A DNA stretch of 64,000 nt from Ylistrum balloti (lineage: Eukaryota): positions 62,001 to 126,000 of the forward strand of contig NW_026781874.1 in NCBI RefSeq assembly GCF_031769215.1. Reading direction: 5' to 3'. Numbering within the stretch: the first letter of the stretch is position 1; each line of letters begins with the position of its first letter. The notes beneath the pieces were generated by a model. The model saw nothing but the letters and a program-made list of their open reading frames with translations. It had not been told where the DNA came from and searched no databases. The translations under genes and the position numbers were made by a program. Below, piece after piece: positions 23,854-38,592 of this stretch.

Positions 23854-26800
23854 ATGGCGAGAGACGTGTTTTTGGTACTTCTGATATTTAGTATTGTTCA
23901 TCTTCAGTATGTGTGTGGTAAGTGTATGTGTAGGTAGATTAATCATGGCTGTAAGCTTTCTCATAAAGCTAGCCTGTTGTACTATGTGTTACCTCAAATC
24001 AATGCTAAACATACAGTCTTTTAGAAAAGCTGATAGGAGACTTCGCTAATTTTCAAGTGATTTCAACTGTTAAAAAGGATCTTTATTTTCATTCATATAA
24101 TTATTGAATAATATAATGTAAGTAAACATACTCCCGCCGTAGTATGATATATAACACGCATCACATTAGTGATTGTTGTAACACGTGTGTAAAAACCTGG
24201 CGAGTTCATACTGATTTCTAACATCAATCTATATTTCTATAATATCTTCATTTTGAAAACCAAAATGTCTGATGAAAACCTTTTGTTGATGTGAAGCGTA
24301 TAACAGTCATCAAGAGCTTCCTATCTCTTGGTCTAATCAAATGCATTTTTGATAATGATTTCTAGGCAGCCTGGTATGTGATAACCAGGTAGTTGAATTA
24401 GAAGCTACAAAAGAACAGAAGCAACTAGACTTCCCAGGGAACCAAAATGTCACAAACAAGTAAGTATGACCGTAATCCCTTAATTCCTCAGTAGTTACTT
24501 ACAATGAAGACTACCATTGGCGAGGGGCGTTGTCTGGATAATTGTCTTGGATATCACATTAAGCAGCAATGTCAGTCGTAACTTCTAATATACTTGCTGC
24601 AAAAGTCGATCATGTGACAGAAGGGTTCTTAAATTAGTGTTTTTCGTATGTGATTTATGAAACTTTTTTTTTCATTTTAGCTCTGCTTTATGAAAAACTC
24701 TCAGACTATGAAATTCAAATTTCAAACCAAAACTCGTGTATTGGTCTTTCTCGGTTCTTATGCTATTACGTCTTCTGAATTCTAGTGTGTACCATTGCCA
24801 GTGGCGACTGATCGCTGAAGAGAAGGATTACACAATACAAGTGGTGATGCAATCAGTTGTCATCAATCATGGATCTAACTGTTCCATGTCAAGTCTCAGC
24901 TTATATGACGGTACGTTTAAGTTGTAGATATCAAAATACCATTTGTAACTAGTAAGTATGTTATAACTTCTTATGTTGAATAGAGATTGAACATCTTCCT
25001 CAGAAATAGTATGACGAGATGGCAATAAGCTTGATCCTCATCAGAAGTAGTGTGACGAGATGACAATAAGCCCGATCCTTATCAGAAGTAGTGTGACGAG
25101 ATGGCAATAAGCTTGATCCTCATCAGAAGTAGTGTGACGAGATGGCAATAAGCTTGATCCTCATCAGAAGTAGTGTGACGAGATGGCAATAAGCCTGATC
25201 CTCATCAGAAGTAGTGTGACGAGATGACAATAAGCCCGATCCTCATCAGAAGTAGTGTGACGAGATGGCAATAAGCTTGATCCTCATCAGAAGTAGTGTG
25301 ACGAGATGGCAATAAGCTTGATCCTCATCAGAAGTAGTGTGACGAGATTGCAATAATCTTGATCCTCATCAGAAGTAGTGTGACGAGATGGCAATAAGCT
25401 TGATCCTCATCAGAAGTAGTGTGACGAGATTGCAATAAGCTTGATCCTCATCAGAAGTAGTGTGACGAGATGGCAATAAGCTTGATCCTCATCAGAAGTA
25501 GTGTGACGAGATGGCAATAAGCTTGATCCTCATCAGAAGTAGTGTTACGAGATGACAATAAGCTTGATCCTCATCAGAAGTAGTGTGACGAGATGGCAAT
25601 AAGCTTGATCCTCATCAGAAGTAGTGTGACGAGATGGCAATAAGCTTGATCCTCATCAGAAGTAGTGTGACGAGATGGCAATAAGCTTGATCCTCATCAG
25701 AAGTAGTGTGACGAGATGGCAATAAGCTTGATCCTCATCAGAAGTAGTGTGACGAGATGGCAATAAGCCTGATCCTCATCAGAAGTAGTGTGGCGAGATG
25801 GCAATAAGCTTGATCCTCATCAGAAGTAGTGTGACGAGATGGCAATAAGCCTGATCCTCATCAGAAGTAGTGTGGCGAGATGGCAATAAGCTTGATCCTC
25901 ATCAGAAGTAGTGTGGCGAGATGGCAATAAGCCTGATCCTCATCAGAAGTAGTGTGGCGAGATGGCAATAAGCTTGATCCTCATCAGAAGTAGTGTGGCG
26001 AGATGGCAATAAGCCTGATCCTCATCAGAAGTAGTGTGACGAGATGGCAATAAGCTCGATCCTTATCAGAAGTAGTGTGGCGAGATGGCAATTAACTTGA
26101 TCCTCATCAGAAGTAGTGTGGCGAGATGGCAATAAGCTTGATCCTCATCAGAAGTTGGTGTGACGAGATAGCAATAAGCTTCATCTTCATCAATTTACAT
26201 GATATGTAAACTATTTCGTTAAACGAAATCAATCGAACACCCTTTCATGATGAGAATGTTTCTAGTGTCGCTAAGCAAAAATGAAGCATTCATGGTTAAG
26301 CCACAACCAATACTATTGTAAAACAGGATGACAGTTTATGTACAGTCCCGAGGATTCGGGTAAGCTATCAAACGGAAGGCCTCGTATTTCTCGTTTTGAA
26401 GCCCTCGGTTATCGTGAGACACCTGAACAATACAGAGATATGATACCTCATTTAGACTACGATTTTAGAACAAAACAACCTATGTTCCCTGAACCAAATA
26501 CAGACAACTTGATGGCGACTTTCTGTCTGCAGCACAAACAAAGAATATCAATTATTATCTAAGTGTTCTCAATGGGTGGTAAGAAATGAAAAGTTATTTC
26601 TCATTTGGTTTAGGGTAAGGGTACTCTCGAAAAATTTTAAAGCAGTATCTACTTAACTACATCATACTTCATATACAACTGCAGCACGCTGCATACAACG
26701 TACTTCTTACAAAAATTAATTCCCATTTGGTATGACAGTACTTATCAGAATAGGCCATGATTTTCTTCAAAACGTTCTCTTCCGGTTAAAATTGCATGAT

Positions 26801-27466
26801 AATAATAATTTAAGTCAACACCGATCCAAATTTCTTTTCGTAAATATTTTGAACAGTTTAAATAATGATTCAAGACATTGTATACCAATAAATTGTAAAG
26901 AATTACACTAGGTTATATTTCTACGTTTAGGACATGACTCTACAGACTACCTCCTTCGTCAGGAATGCAGCAACAGGACAGAAAACATGGTTGTAAACAG
27001 TTCCAATGAGAACGTCTATATTGTATGGTTATTACCTGCGGGGTTGACCAACTCTAATACATTTACCATTGCGTATGCAGCTCGGGACAATGGTGAGTCG
27101 ACAAAAAAATTATCATTCAAACAAAATCTAATCCATCAATATTTTGTAAAGTATTTGATCAAGAAAGTTGAAAGTTTTATTGACTTTAAGATAAAACTGG
27201 GCTCACAGATTGCTTGTAGATATTGTCATATTGATGAGATACATTTTAAATGATCATTATTTATAATATAATATATAATTTGTCTTTCAGGAGGTAAGAC
27301 TCACAATTTTACCAAAACAAGTCACGCTGGTGTCATTGCTGCAATAATCTTGGTCATCGTCTTCACTTTGTCTATCGTCATGGCGGTTGTTTGCTTTTTT
27401 AGAAACAGAGCAAAGATGGAGAGACGAAATGTACGTCAGCAAGATAGTTATATTCGACAAAGATAA
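23854..27466 (+). CDS. CUB-domain gene 3: signal peptide + single divergent CUB + TM (206 aa)
   Basis: Exons 23854-23917 (MARDVFLVLLIFSIVHLQYVC), 24366-24459 (LVCDNQ..DFPGNQ), 24786-24910 (YHCQWRL..NCSMSSLSLYDG), 26931-27092 (QECSN..FTIAY), 27291-27466 (TM AGVIAAIILVIVFTLSIVMAVVCFF, TAA). Phases 1/2/1/1 consistent; 621 nt. Confidence 0.88.
24985..26190. repeat. 41-bp minisatellite, about 29 copies, intron of CUB gene 3
   Basis: Unit GCAATAAGCTTGATCCTCATCAGAAGTAGTGTGACGAGATG. Confidence 0.97.
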
Positions 27467-27849
27467 ATAAAAAAAGTAATTCGTATTTCTTATCATCAAT
27501 AAAATTCTTATTTCAATCAATGTAAACTTAATGTACAATGCATAATATGAGATGCTCCAGTGTAAAAAAATGAACGCTGCAAATGCGTAGATGAAAATTT
27601 AGTTATATATGATGTTTCATTGTCACAATGGTAACAGCACCAGCATAGCTTTCAACATCGCGTTGGAAGTTGCATTACAGATACAAGACAGAAGCACGAT
27701 ATCACAAAACAATGATTCCGATTGCATAATACTAACACAAAACTGTCCGCTATGAAAATGTAGAATGAATTCGATCTGAATCCGAACGCTACAGTGTTTA
27801 CAATTAATACATGAACTGGTCCATCCATCAATGTTTTAATACATATTCT

Positions 27850-28860
27850 TCAGTAGAAAAATCCAATGAGAAATACAGTAAATGTTGCTAACGCTATTGC
27901 AAATGCATTCAGTGTTTTCCTCCAGAACTTTGTCTGATGTATAGAGGTCAATTTTGCTCTCAGGGCACGTTTCTGTTCTGACGTCAGCTTCTGTTTAGGT
28001 TGGTCCGTTGTTCCACATACCCAGTTGTAACAGTATCTCTTGAAGTTACCTAACGCACCTGTAAAACAATATTCAAATACATTGAAAGACGGTATATATA
28101 CATCTATTTCGAAAAAGATAAATAACAATTCTGAGCACTCAAGGTATGGTTAGAATATCATATTGATATATCGAAAATTATAAAGTGAAAAACAGTGAGA
28201 TTTCGGCGTCACAAAAAATGTTTGATATCAAAAAGTGTATGCACATCCACGTTTTAGTTAAGGGCTTTCCACTTCGAAAGTGAGATTTGTCAAGGCTAAC
28301 GCAACATTTTTTTCTGTTATGAACATTTGAACAAAATCAAACCAATGAAGCAAATAAATGTCAAATAAAATTGCACATTTCTGAATTTCAAACAGACGAT
28401 ATGTAGTGCATTTTGAATATACATTACATAACAAAATACATTTGCACATTAAGGTTTTTTTATACTAGACTCATTTGTTTTTCATTATCACATAATTGAA
28501 TAATTATAAGGAAGTACTGTATATCGAGACTTGCTGGATTTTTTACCGTTTACAAATTTAGATGAAAAAATATTAATTGACATAAATCAAAATAAAGTGG
28601 TTAATATTGAAATAGCTTAGTTATCGTTATTTCAATAAAGAACGTATATATATCACGGATGTACCTGTTTCATCATCAGTTGTCCCTGATTTTGTGTCAT
28701 CTTCCTCGTCCGCCATTTCCTCGTCCTCGGAGTCAAGATCCGGTTCTAAAGGGTCATTTCTTGTCCAGAACGTCACACGCCGCAGCTAAAGATGCAATTT
28801 AAATAACCTTATTAAAATAATAATAGTAAGAAAAATACTGTGGGGGACTTAAAACGTTCT

Positions 28861-28918
<58 letters not shown>

Positions 28919-31900
28919 CTTATGCAATAATGAAAATAAAACTCTTTGTTATGCTATTGTTTACGGTTATGTAGCAATTATTTCCATTATTTAAGATGAA
29001 AAATCTCAATTATTGTTTTTATTTATCTATTAACTGTAGAAGTTATACACGTATGTTACCTTCCGCTCTGGGCGTGGTTCAGTCAACAGGCTGATAACAA
29101 CCATCACAATGGTAGCGATGACAGCCAAGATGGTGGCGAAGTGTAAGAAATCGACCTTGCTGACAATGTCCGGCCTGGTGTCTGGGTCGCCACTGCCACA
29201 GTTCGGCGGCGTGTAAACAAAGTCCAGCACCATTCTAATTACCCCGATCACCAGACACACAATCAGGCCCCAGAAAACACCCTGCATATAAATGGTGCGC
29301 CGTTTTAACAACTGTGCATCATCATAATACTTTTTTTTTTTTTTTTTTTAAATAATTTCAAATTACAAAATACTTAACAATGTGGCTAAAGGACAAATAT
29401 AAAAATTAAACACGCTGGCGCAAAACCTGACAACGCTTTACTCAACTTGCAACAAAATCAGGATAAGAATGTCAACACCAGGAAAAAAAAAGTGAATGAA
29501 TAAGAAATTAAAAGAAACGTCGGATGATAAAAAATTGTTCATACAGACAACCGAAAGGCGAACTAGAAAGCTCTAGAGAGGAAACAGCTCGCTGCATCTC
29601 GTTAGATGTCATGACAGAAAGTCTTTGTCGTCATAGGCGAAAAAGAAATCGTACAGTCTATTCGACTGTTTACATTACAGCGATAATATTTAACCTGCAT
29701 TCAGCTGTAGATGAGGTGTAAGGGAAATAACTCACAGTGGTTTTATCCGTTTGAATAATGCCTTACTAAATCAGTTTTGGATAAAATATAAGTTATATAA
29801 TAACTATGTTAAAGAACCAGAAATTAATATCAAATTATGTCGTACCGCTTCCGTTGTACGTTTCCAGAACACTCCCAAAAGAAAGAGTATACACCATGGA
29901 GGGATCAAATAACTTCTGATAGACTGCATGTACGCCCAGAACTGTCCTCCCTGGACTTTTTCCATTACTGGTAGCCATAGTATACTTGTCACGACGAGGA
30001 TAAGCACAGTCACTCGACCCACTATCATCAGTTCTGTATTCTTGGCGTTTTTTCTGTACATGCGCCAAACGTCCAACGTAATTACAGAACTGGCACTGTT
30101 TAATATCGACGTTAGAGAGCTCATCAGCGCTGCCAACAGTGCCGCCAGCATTAAGCCGCGAATACCTTAAAGAAAATGAACATCTATTATAAATGGAACT
30201 TTCGCGTTTCCACTATGTTGTAAAATGCCCAACTGACGTGCCATTTCCCTAAATGTATGCATTGACCATACGTACATGGAACATCTTTATTTAGTATTTA
30301 CAGTGTTATTACTGACAATCCAAATGGCAAAGGTAACTATGTTAGATCAAAATAACTGTTTTAATATGATTCAAATACGGACCTTCCGGCAGAATACGAA
30401 GGACAAGTAGTGGGTAGGCCAGATTTGAACATCCAGCCCTATTTTGACAGATCTCAAAGCATTTGTCTGGATCTGCACATGCAACCTCCTCTGTAAAACA
30501 AAAGGATTCAAATATATTTTCTAGGGAACGTGTTGTCTTAAAATAAGCATCTGAATACTATGCTTGATTGTGTACTATATTGTTGGTAAAATTATATACT
30601 TAAATCTAAAATTCACATCTTAAAGACTAAGACTTGATATTGTGCTGCAGTTTCTTTATTCGTCCTCTTCTGTTAGAAAAAAAAACTTAGAAGCTTGCAG
30701 ATAAATTTTTGAGCTTGATAATCAATTATTGTATGTTTAAAAGATTCCTTGTGTTATTTTGATTTTGATACATGAGATACATACGAGGATATTTAATCCG
30801 ACTGACCATGCCGGGAATAACAAACATAAGAAAAGACGTGAGTTTCAGTAGACCTCCAAGCAATGCTCCACCTTTAGAGTGATTCATGTTTCTAGCCGAC
30901 AGACACCTTTGTACAATAAGCTGTAGAAAAAACAAGTTTTATAATATCACTGTCACCAGTTTGTAGCAGAAATACATTTGATTGCGAATTGACAAACATT
31001 TTCGAATTTTCTGGATTTGCCTGTGATTGATGATATTAATTTAATAGATAAAACGATTTTAAGTCGACGAGTGCTAACGAATCAGATGTGATAATGAAGA
31101 TGACATGATGTATTTAGAAATCAGATGTAATGATGAAGATGACGCAAAGTGTTATGAAATAAGATGTTAAAATGAAGGTAACGTGTTGTATCAAGGAATG
31201 AGAAACAGAAAAGACAGATATGAGAGGAACATGTCTTTTCTTCAAAGTAGGTACAAATACCGATGCAATCAACTACCTGATCTTGAGTCCAAACGTACAA
31301 GCCCAATGTTGACAGTCCCAAAAGAGCACCAGGCCATGGGATGTCTCCTGTGACCGCATCACGGACAATGTGGAATGAGTCTTCGCGTGGTAGTCCACAC
31401 GAGTACATTGACATGTTCGTAAGTGTGTAGTTTGCTGCTGATGTCATGAACTTGTCCTGGATTGCGCCCCAGCCACCAACATCCACCCATGCTACAAATA
31501 AATTGTGGCAGTCACAGTGAAACCAAACATACATATATGTATTAGACTTCACATGAATACACACACAAGATGATGAAGAAAACAGCATCAGATAATAAGT
31601 TTAGATTGATATAGAAAATAATGATGTATTTCAAAGTTAAATCTTAAACCCCACAATTTTGATTTTGCAATTAGTACTTACAGGTTATAAAGAGAATGGT
31701 AGCGCCAATAATTAGTACAATTGTTTGTAATGTATCTGTATATATCACAGCAGCTAGACCTCCTGTAAAACAAACGAACACCAAATTAGACGATTGACGA
31801 AATATGTATTTGAATAATGTGTTATGTCTTATGTAGTAGTGTGTAGCGTTAATATCGTGTATACATAATGTAAACAATACATTTCAATCAAGCAGTCCAT

Positions 31901-34900
31901 TAGATCGGGTATTTGTCTCAATCCTTAAGACTTTAAGTGTAATACCAATCATAATTTCAATCCGAAAGTATTTCAAAACCAAAATTATGAAAATAGCCGT
32001 GTAGAACACCGCTTTTCTGTGAAAAATGTCTGCGCAGCCATTTTGTGAATCAGAAAATTATGTGCTGACCTATTAGTTGGTTTTATCAAGAATATTCGAC
32101 AAGATACATTAAACTTTTATCTAGCAAAATGCACCATGAAATTGTGCTGCATATTATTATAAATAATTAATGTACACATGTGCTTCAATTACAAAAGATC
32201 TATCAAACTAAGTTAAGATAATCATACAATTTACTTCAGTGGAACTGTGAAAAGAAGAAAAAGGATATATATGAATAAATAGACTTTAAATACGTTGATG
32301 TATGCCTCGGCATACTTATACCGACAGAATTATGCATGAACACACGATCCCCTCAAATATAACATCGTTCTCTTTACACATCTTCTATGTGCCCGGTACT
32401 CCACTAACTATGATTATCTTATTATCATGGAAGAAAGGGAAGTAAACATACATATGTACATACATATCAGTTCAAGATCTTAGTTTTAACATAATTAGTG
32501 TTATTTAAACAGTGATAAAAATATTATCATAGTATTTTAAAATTGGATATGGCTCTTTTATAATTACTTTTAAAAAATATTTAAATTTTCTTCATGAAAG
32601 TGAAGTACAATATCATTTATAAACAATTTCTATTTCGATATTGAGAAGAAATATCTTCTTTTTTTCTCGGAATTTTACATACGGTAATTCTATGTTATTT
32701 ACTGACAGAAATTCGCAGATAATTCGTATTATTTGTAACACGTAGTATGCTTGTAAAGTTTGTTGATTTCAACCATATCGATGAATGTAAGATTGAAACA
32801 TGTAAAATTTATTAATCAGGATAATACATTTTTTAAAAGTGCGATATTTAGGAAAGAAGATATGGTTAGAAGTATTTACGTGAAAATCAAACTCACTGTG
32901 ATGTTACATTGGTGTGTTACATGAAAAGGGATATCTCTACATTACATGGGTATGTTCCGTAGACAGGGATACCTCAACATTACATGGGTATGTTCCATAG
33001 ACAGAGATATCTTAACCTAAGATGGGCCTGTTCTGTTTACAAGGATATCTCTACCTAACATTGGTCTGTTCTGTATAAAGGGATATCTCAACCCAACCTT
33101 ACATGGGTGTGCTTTGTGGATAAAGAACACAGCAACAAATCTGTTATTGTTGCAAAACCTATTCATCAAGCAAACATCTATTTCCTATGAAATATGCGTC
33201 GATATTGGTGACGTTACCATTTTGCGACTTGATCACGCCACATGGGGTTATCTGTGATGCATGTGAGGAGATATAATGCCTTAAAAATCGTGTAGAACAT
33301 TTCCCAATAATTACCAACAATGGTGTATACTGCTGTCACAGTGAGTATGATAACGACACTGAGATAGAGATTCCATCCGAGGATTTGTTGTAGAAACATT
33401 GCGCCAGTGAAAATCTCAATCTGCAATGAAAACATAGACATGTCAGTAGTTAGGTTTCAAAGACGCTTGTACTGAATTAAAAAACATAATGAAGAAGTTA
33501 GTGTTAGTGGTAGAGAGTAATTTATAACGCACCGAGATGTTAAAGAGGATGTACCCGATCAAAGACATGATGGATGAGTAGATTCGGATCCGCTTTCCTC
33601 CATATCTCTTCCGCAAATATTGGGGCGTGGTAAAAGACTGTTGAAAACAAAACAGACTTATAACATAAAATTAAGAATGTTCACAAAGTATGATATATTG
33701 TAACTATGGAAACATTAGGGACCTAGCGAGTTACATTAATCTGTTCAAATCAGACATTTCTCAAGCTTTTTTTATGTTTTCAAATTCTATACATGTAACC
33801 ATTATTGTGTTAGATACTGAGGTTAATGTAGAAAGAATAACAGCAAGTGATTGTTATGGAAACTGATAAATAATGCTTAAGTAAAAACATCTGGGATCTT
33901 TTCATGTACCAATACCAAATTATCATAATCAAAACTCCAATTCAATACAGTTATGACAAAAAAAAAAAAAAATTAAAATAACAAAAGAAAGATTTACAAA
34001 GAGATTCTTGGAAGAATATAAGGAAATACCAATATAACAACATTTCTGTAATTCGATCTGAAATTCAATTATAGAGATAATGATATAGAGCTAAATATAA
34101 ACACAAGAAAACTTTACACTGAGGCTCTTGAAAAAAGTACAAGGAGAGTGGCACTTTTCAAATTAGCTGGAATTAGATGCTTATATTTCATCCTAGTAAA
34201 AAGGAGAAAGTACACGTTTTACATGTACAGAGTAGTATTGTTTAAACAAGGTATGGGGAGCAAATGACACGTACCCCACACGAAACATACACTGGTACAA
34301 ATATCCAGCCCAACGCGATGAGAAAAAACGCAGCCTGAAAGTATCAAATTCTAATTGTAAACATGACAATGAATACATAACAGCATATACACATAGATAA
34401 TTGTCTGAGAATAGATTTAAAAAGAAGTTGTTAAACTATGTAACTTGACATTAGATACTGAGAGAAAAGCATAATAAATCATTCATCATTTCTCCATTTC
34501 ATTTCTGGATTATCGACACAAGGCAATACTCGTTTTAAATGCAGATTTAAAATCAGAAATAGTTAAACCGAAAAATGAATACAGATTGTAGCTGAGCAGG
34601 TAAATACTATGCTATTCAGTATTTCTTGTTGATAATAATGACGTTGTTGGGCAACTATTTCAGTTATAAACATTGTGAAATAAATATTAGGTAATTTTTG
34701 TGAGACATCAGTACGTACATGCCATTCATATATAGTGACCGCTAGTCCAGAGGCTGCAGCTGAACCGGCAAGTCCTATAAACATTGGGGCTCCTATGTTG
34801 CTGGCATAGATAGATGCTCCAATCTAATGACAGTCGAAACGAAATATTGTAAACATTTCTTAATCTAGTTAAGATATAATCTTATACTATTCATAACAAT

Positions 34901-36216
34901 TATACATTCTGTATTGAATTATAACAAATTTATATTTTATTTTAACTTATTCCAAACTCTTTTAATGTGGTTGTTTCATTGAGATTTGTCATTGATTAAC
35001 TATATTTCAATATGTATAGTTTTATGCAATATAAATTCACTTATGAGTCTAGCTACATAAATGCATTATCTTAATGTTGATACACAAATGTCATACCGGT
35101 ATCCAGTGCATATCTTTTCCCGCCAGAAAATAACCCTGTGAACTCCCCCTGTTTGGCCGACATGTTGACTACAATACAATGTAAAAGGTTATCACATTTA
35201 TATATCTTTACAAAAACACCCTCACCAAAAGGATGATCACCTAACTAAAATGACAATAGGGAGAGGTCATTTACAAGGCAATCCTATTTCAACACCGTCC
35301 TATCCCAGTGGTAGATGGTCAACCGTCTGTACCGATCACTCTGGAGCAGTGGGTGTTCAGTGGCCGTGAGCATTTTCTTCTTCTCAAATGACGATCAAAT
35401 GTCTTATGTATTTTTATCATCGCTCGTAATGCGTATTAAATAAAGGTCATGGTAAGACATAATTGTATGTAAACATTATTTGTATCAGCAACAGACAATG
35501 TAAACGTTCAGGGCAATCATATTTTTAAACCATAGATACAGCGGAAATTAGCACAGAGATCCATGAAGAGATCTTAAAATACAAACATGCATGGTTTGAT
35601 TTATAAATAGTTGAGCTATTAACACATGAATAATATCTTGCAGGATATAATATATCAACAAACCATATACTGGTAGTGTAATGTAGTCATACACTGAAAG
35701 GAAATTGTGGACACACCCCACTGTTTCCTGTTAACGCATATTGTGTTCCGAAGTTACAAATATAGTATCAATATTTAAAGGCATCACAACATTTTACCTG
35801 TTCACCAACAGCGTCGTCTCCGGTATATTTAATGCAGCTATGTGGTTGTATTTTAGCACGTAAAATGTCCTTCAGTCAATTCTAAGCTTATGATGTTTGT
35901 GACGCAATGAATCCTACACTTGTGCCGATATATTTTTAATGTAATACATACATGTAATATGCCAGGATAAATAATGTAAACAAACACGATCTTAGAATAA
36001 TACGACAATGCTTTGTTGTAACACATACATGTAGATTAGATGTTATGTTAATAATTACACATATTAGTAACACAGGTACAGATTTCCGTTAGTAATCTCC
36101 TAAATATAGATATACATTTTAAAGTAAGCATACTGTACCAAGATTCCCACGACTATCACAACGGCAAAGTATATGCCGATCGTCAGGTAATCTCCCCACG
36201 CCAGTGTTTCCGTCAT
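27850..36216 (-). CDS. SLC5A-like: SLC5 sodium:solute symporter, SGLT/SMIT-like, paralog A (645 aa)
   Basis: 14 exons: 36216-36139, 35168-35097 (GYFLAG), 34823-34719 (ASNIG..GLAG..YEW), 34334-34275, 33637-33533 (YLRKRYGG), 33420-33315, 31762-31682 ([14 protein letters not shown]), 31491-31277 (PWPG..DQ), 30920-30785 (IVQRCLSA), 30490-30383, 30165-29846 ([13 protein letters not shown]), 29281-29060, 28785-28665, 28058-27850. 1938 nt, open frame. Confidence 0.96.
28862..28914. repeat. (TC)n microsatellite
   Basis: About 26 uninterrupted TC units in an SLC5 A intron. Confidence 0.98.
32925..33110. repeat. Degenerate ~38-bp tandem repeat, about 5 copies
   Basis: Recurrent GGGATATCTC..ACATTACATGGGTATGTTCC..AGAC pattern in an SLC5 A intron. 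Confidence 0.6.
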
Positions 36217-38592
36217 TTTGTTGATGGATTCTCTCTCGTCTTCCCGCTACTTCCAAATAGGAGAGAGGCGTCCAGGATCAAGCATCGGTTAAGTACACAA
36301 TGACCAGGAATAAGTCCAGGTGATTTAGTAAAAATTTACATATTGTAGCTGGTAAGGTAAATACTCCGATGAATTTCGGGTCATCACCGCTCAGGTAAAC
36401 ATACGACAGGATTTCTTCACGTGTTTAGGTCGGCTTTCACGCTCTATTGCGTTTGAGTTTATCCTAACGTACTGTGACCTGTCCTTTACATTAAGCATTC
36501 GTTGTATGATGTTTGTTTCACGACAAGCGCAAGCGATTGTATCATACCACAAGATAATTACTTGATCAACAATTGAGTATGAAAAATCACTACATATGTT
36601 TCTGACTATTGTTTCGCAAAATGTAAATCTACTGTATATCTACAGTGGTTAACCTAATAACGGATATAAAAGATAAAATATGTTTCATTATGAAGTATTT
36701 GTTTCACTTTATTCTTTACATAATTAAAATTTTAAAACAAGAGGAAGTTTCCTCAACTCATTTTTGTCCTAAGTCGAAAATTATCAAAGACAACACACAC
36801 TAATGTCCACACCTACTACCACAGGTTCATTGTATCAATGTCTGGAGTGGAATTGCCACTTAAAGAAGAAGTTTAAGTTTAACAATTTAAGATGGATAAC
36901 AATGATGTTTACAATGAATTAATATATACAAATAAATATATAACAAATATATGATAAATAACAAATATATACGCTCTGGTAACGTCATAAGCCCTAAAGA
37001 TGGACAATCTCAGATGGATCAAAATGGACCTTAAATTAGCACTATCAACATATAAATGATAGCAAAATACCAACTGACCTATAAATATGTGAGGAAATTC
37101 AAACTAAAGCTAGATAACACTAGTAAAACTATAAAACTTGGATATAAATTTTACTACTGGTGTGCCCCAGGAAAATAGCCGCTGAAGTGTTAAATCAATA
37201 ACAACTGTTAAGTATTACACCAGAATACTGAGCCTTAGTTTAGGGATACTAAAGTATCAAAATGTAAATATCCAACAACTTCTATATTTTTTTTCTCACT
37301 GCATATCTCATATATCTGTATATGCATATGATAACCCGGCCCACTACTGCCCCTCTATCATAAACTATCCTACATAAATAAGGTTAACTCCCACTTCCTG
37401 ACAACTACAGGTATTAGCTTACAATCACAACATACATGTATTAAGTACCAGAACCTTCCGCTAACGTGACAGATTTCCCAAACAAAATCCTGCAATGCAA
37501 ACGATTGGTTCGATCTGGAATAGGTAACCAATCAAATATGGGTTTGCATAAATAAACCACTCGTGAATAATGCAAAAAATAGAAGAATGTATCAAGCAGT
37601 CTTCACTTTCATCTCACATTACAACTCAGCGTTGTGTGTATTTTCTACTGATATGTACTGACATGTCAACATGATCATAATTCAAACTCAAATTAAACAA
37701 AAGTATGACAAAGTATGAACTCAAGAAAGATTTACTTGGAGACTATTAAAATATGTTGATTTTGTCCTGCACATGCATATATTCATTTCGTACCATTATC
37801 ATCATGAAACGAAGTGTTGTTTAACAAAATGAATATTGTCTTTTCCAATAGTGATTACGATCACATTATCTTTTAGATTGCCTACTAATGATACGAATAA
37901 GGATATCCCCCGTTTAAATTTGATTCCAAAATCTACGTAACTTCTTATTCCCTTTTTTAGTGCGATCAAACAGGATTACAGTCGTATTGTAATACTGCGT
38001 AATAAAAAATGAAAATAGATTATGTAGATTTTAATACCCTCAAATAGTTTTGACCAATCTTCAACACCATATTCTAAAAACAGTTCTTCTTTCGGAACAT
38101 TTGATTTTTCCCGCTCTGTACACCACCATTCTCCATTCTCACCTGAAAGAACGCATTCGTTTTCTTGTTATGAAAGCTTCCTTTCCAAGAAAGATTAATG
38201 GAAATTTCAACGGACAAACATGCAACACAGTGTTTCAAGAGATGTAGGTTAATTGAAATTATGGGAAAGTCGTCATAGTGATATCACTGCAAAATATTTT
38301 TGTGCGGTATGAAGCTGGACTTTTTTATGCTCCTTGGTAAACACTGTTTGAGGACGTGATATTACTTCCTTGGAGTGACCAAGATTCACATGTTGGGTAA
38401 CCTTTCTTTCGCTCATATTTTGCCCTGGAGTTATTTATTTGAATTTGGATTATGATAACGTTCACTTGTTGATATTTTCTTGTTGTTTCCTGTGAACTTA
38501 TCAATTTGAAAAATGGAATAATGTCGCCATCTGCCTATGTGTGGAAATTAAATTTTCAGTTGCTTAAAAAGCAATGAGTATTTATAACCTTG

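Noticed and set aside
24985-26190. 41-bp array as CRISPR, or as tandem hammerheads (minus strand contains CTGATGAG)
   Set aside because: No unique spacers and eukaryotic intron context; no GAAA or stem II follows the CUGAUGA, so no hammerhead core.
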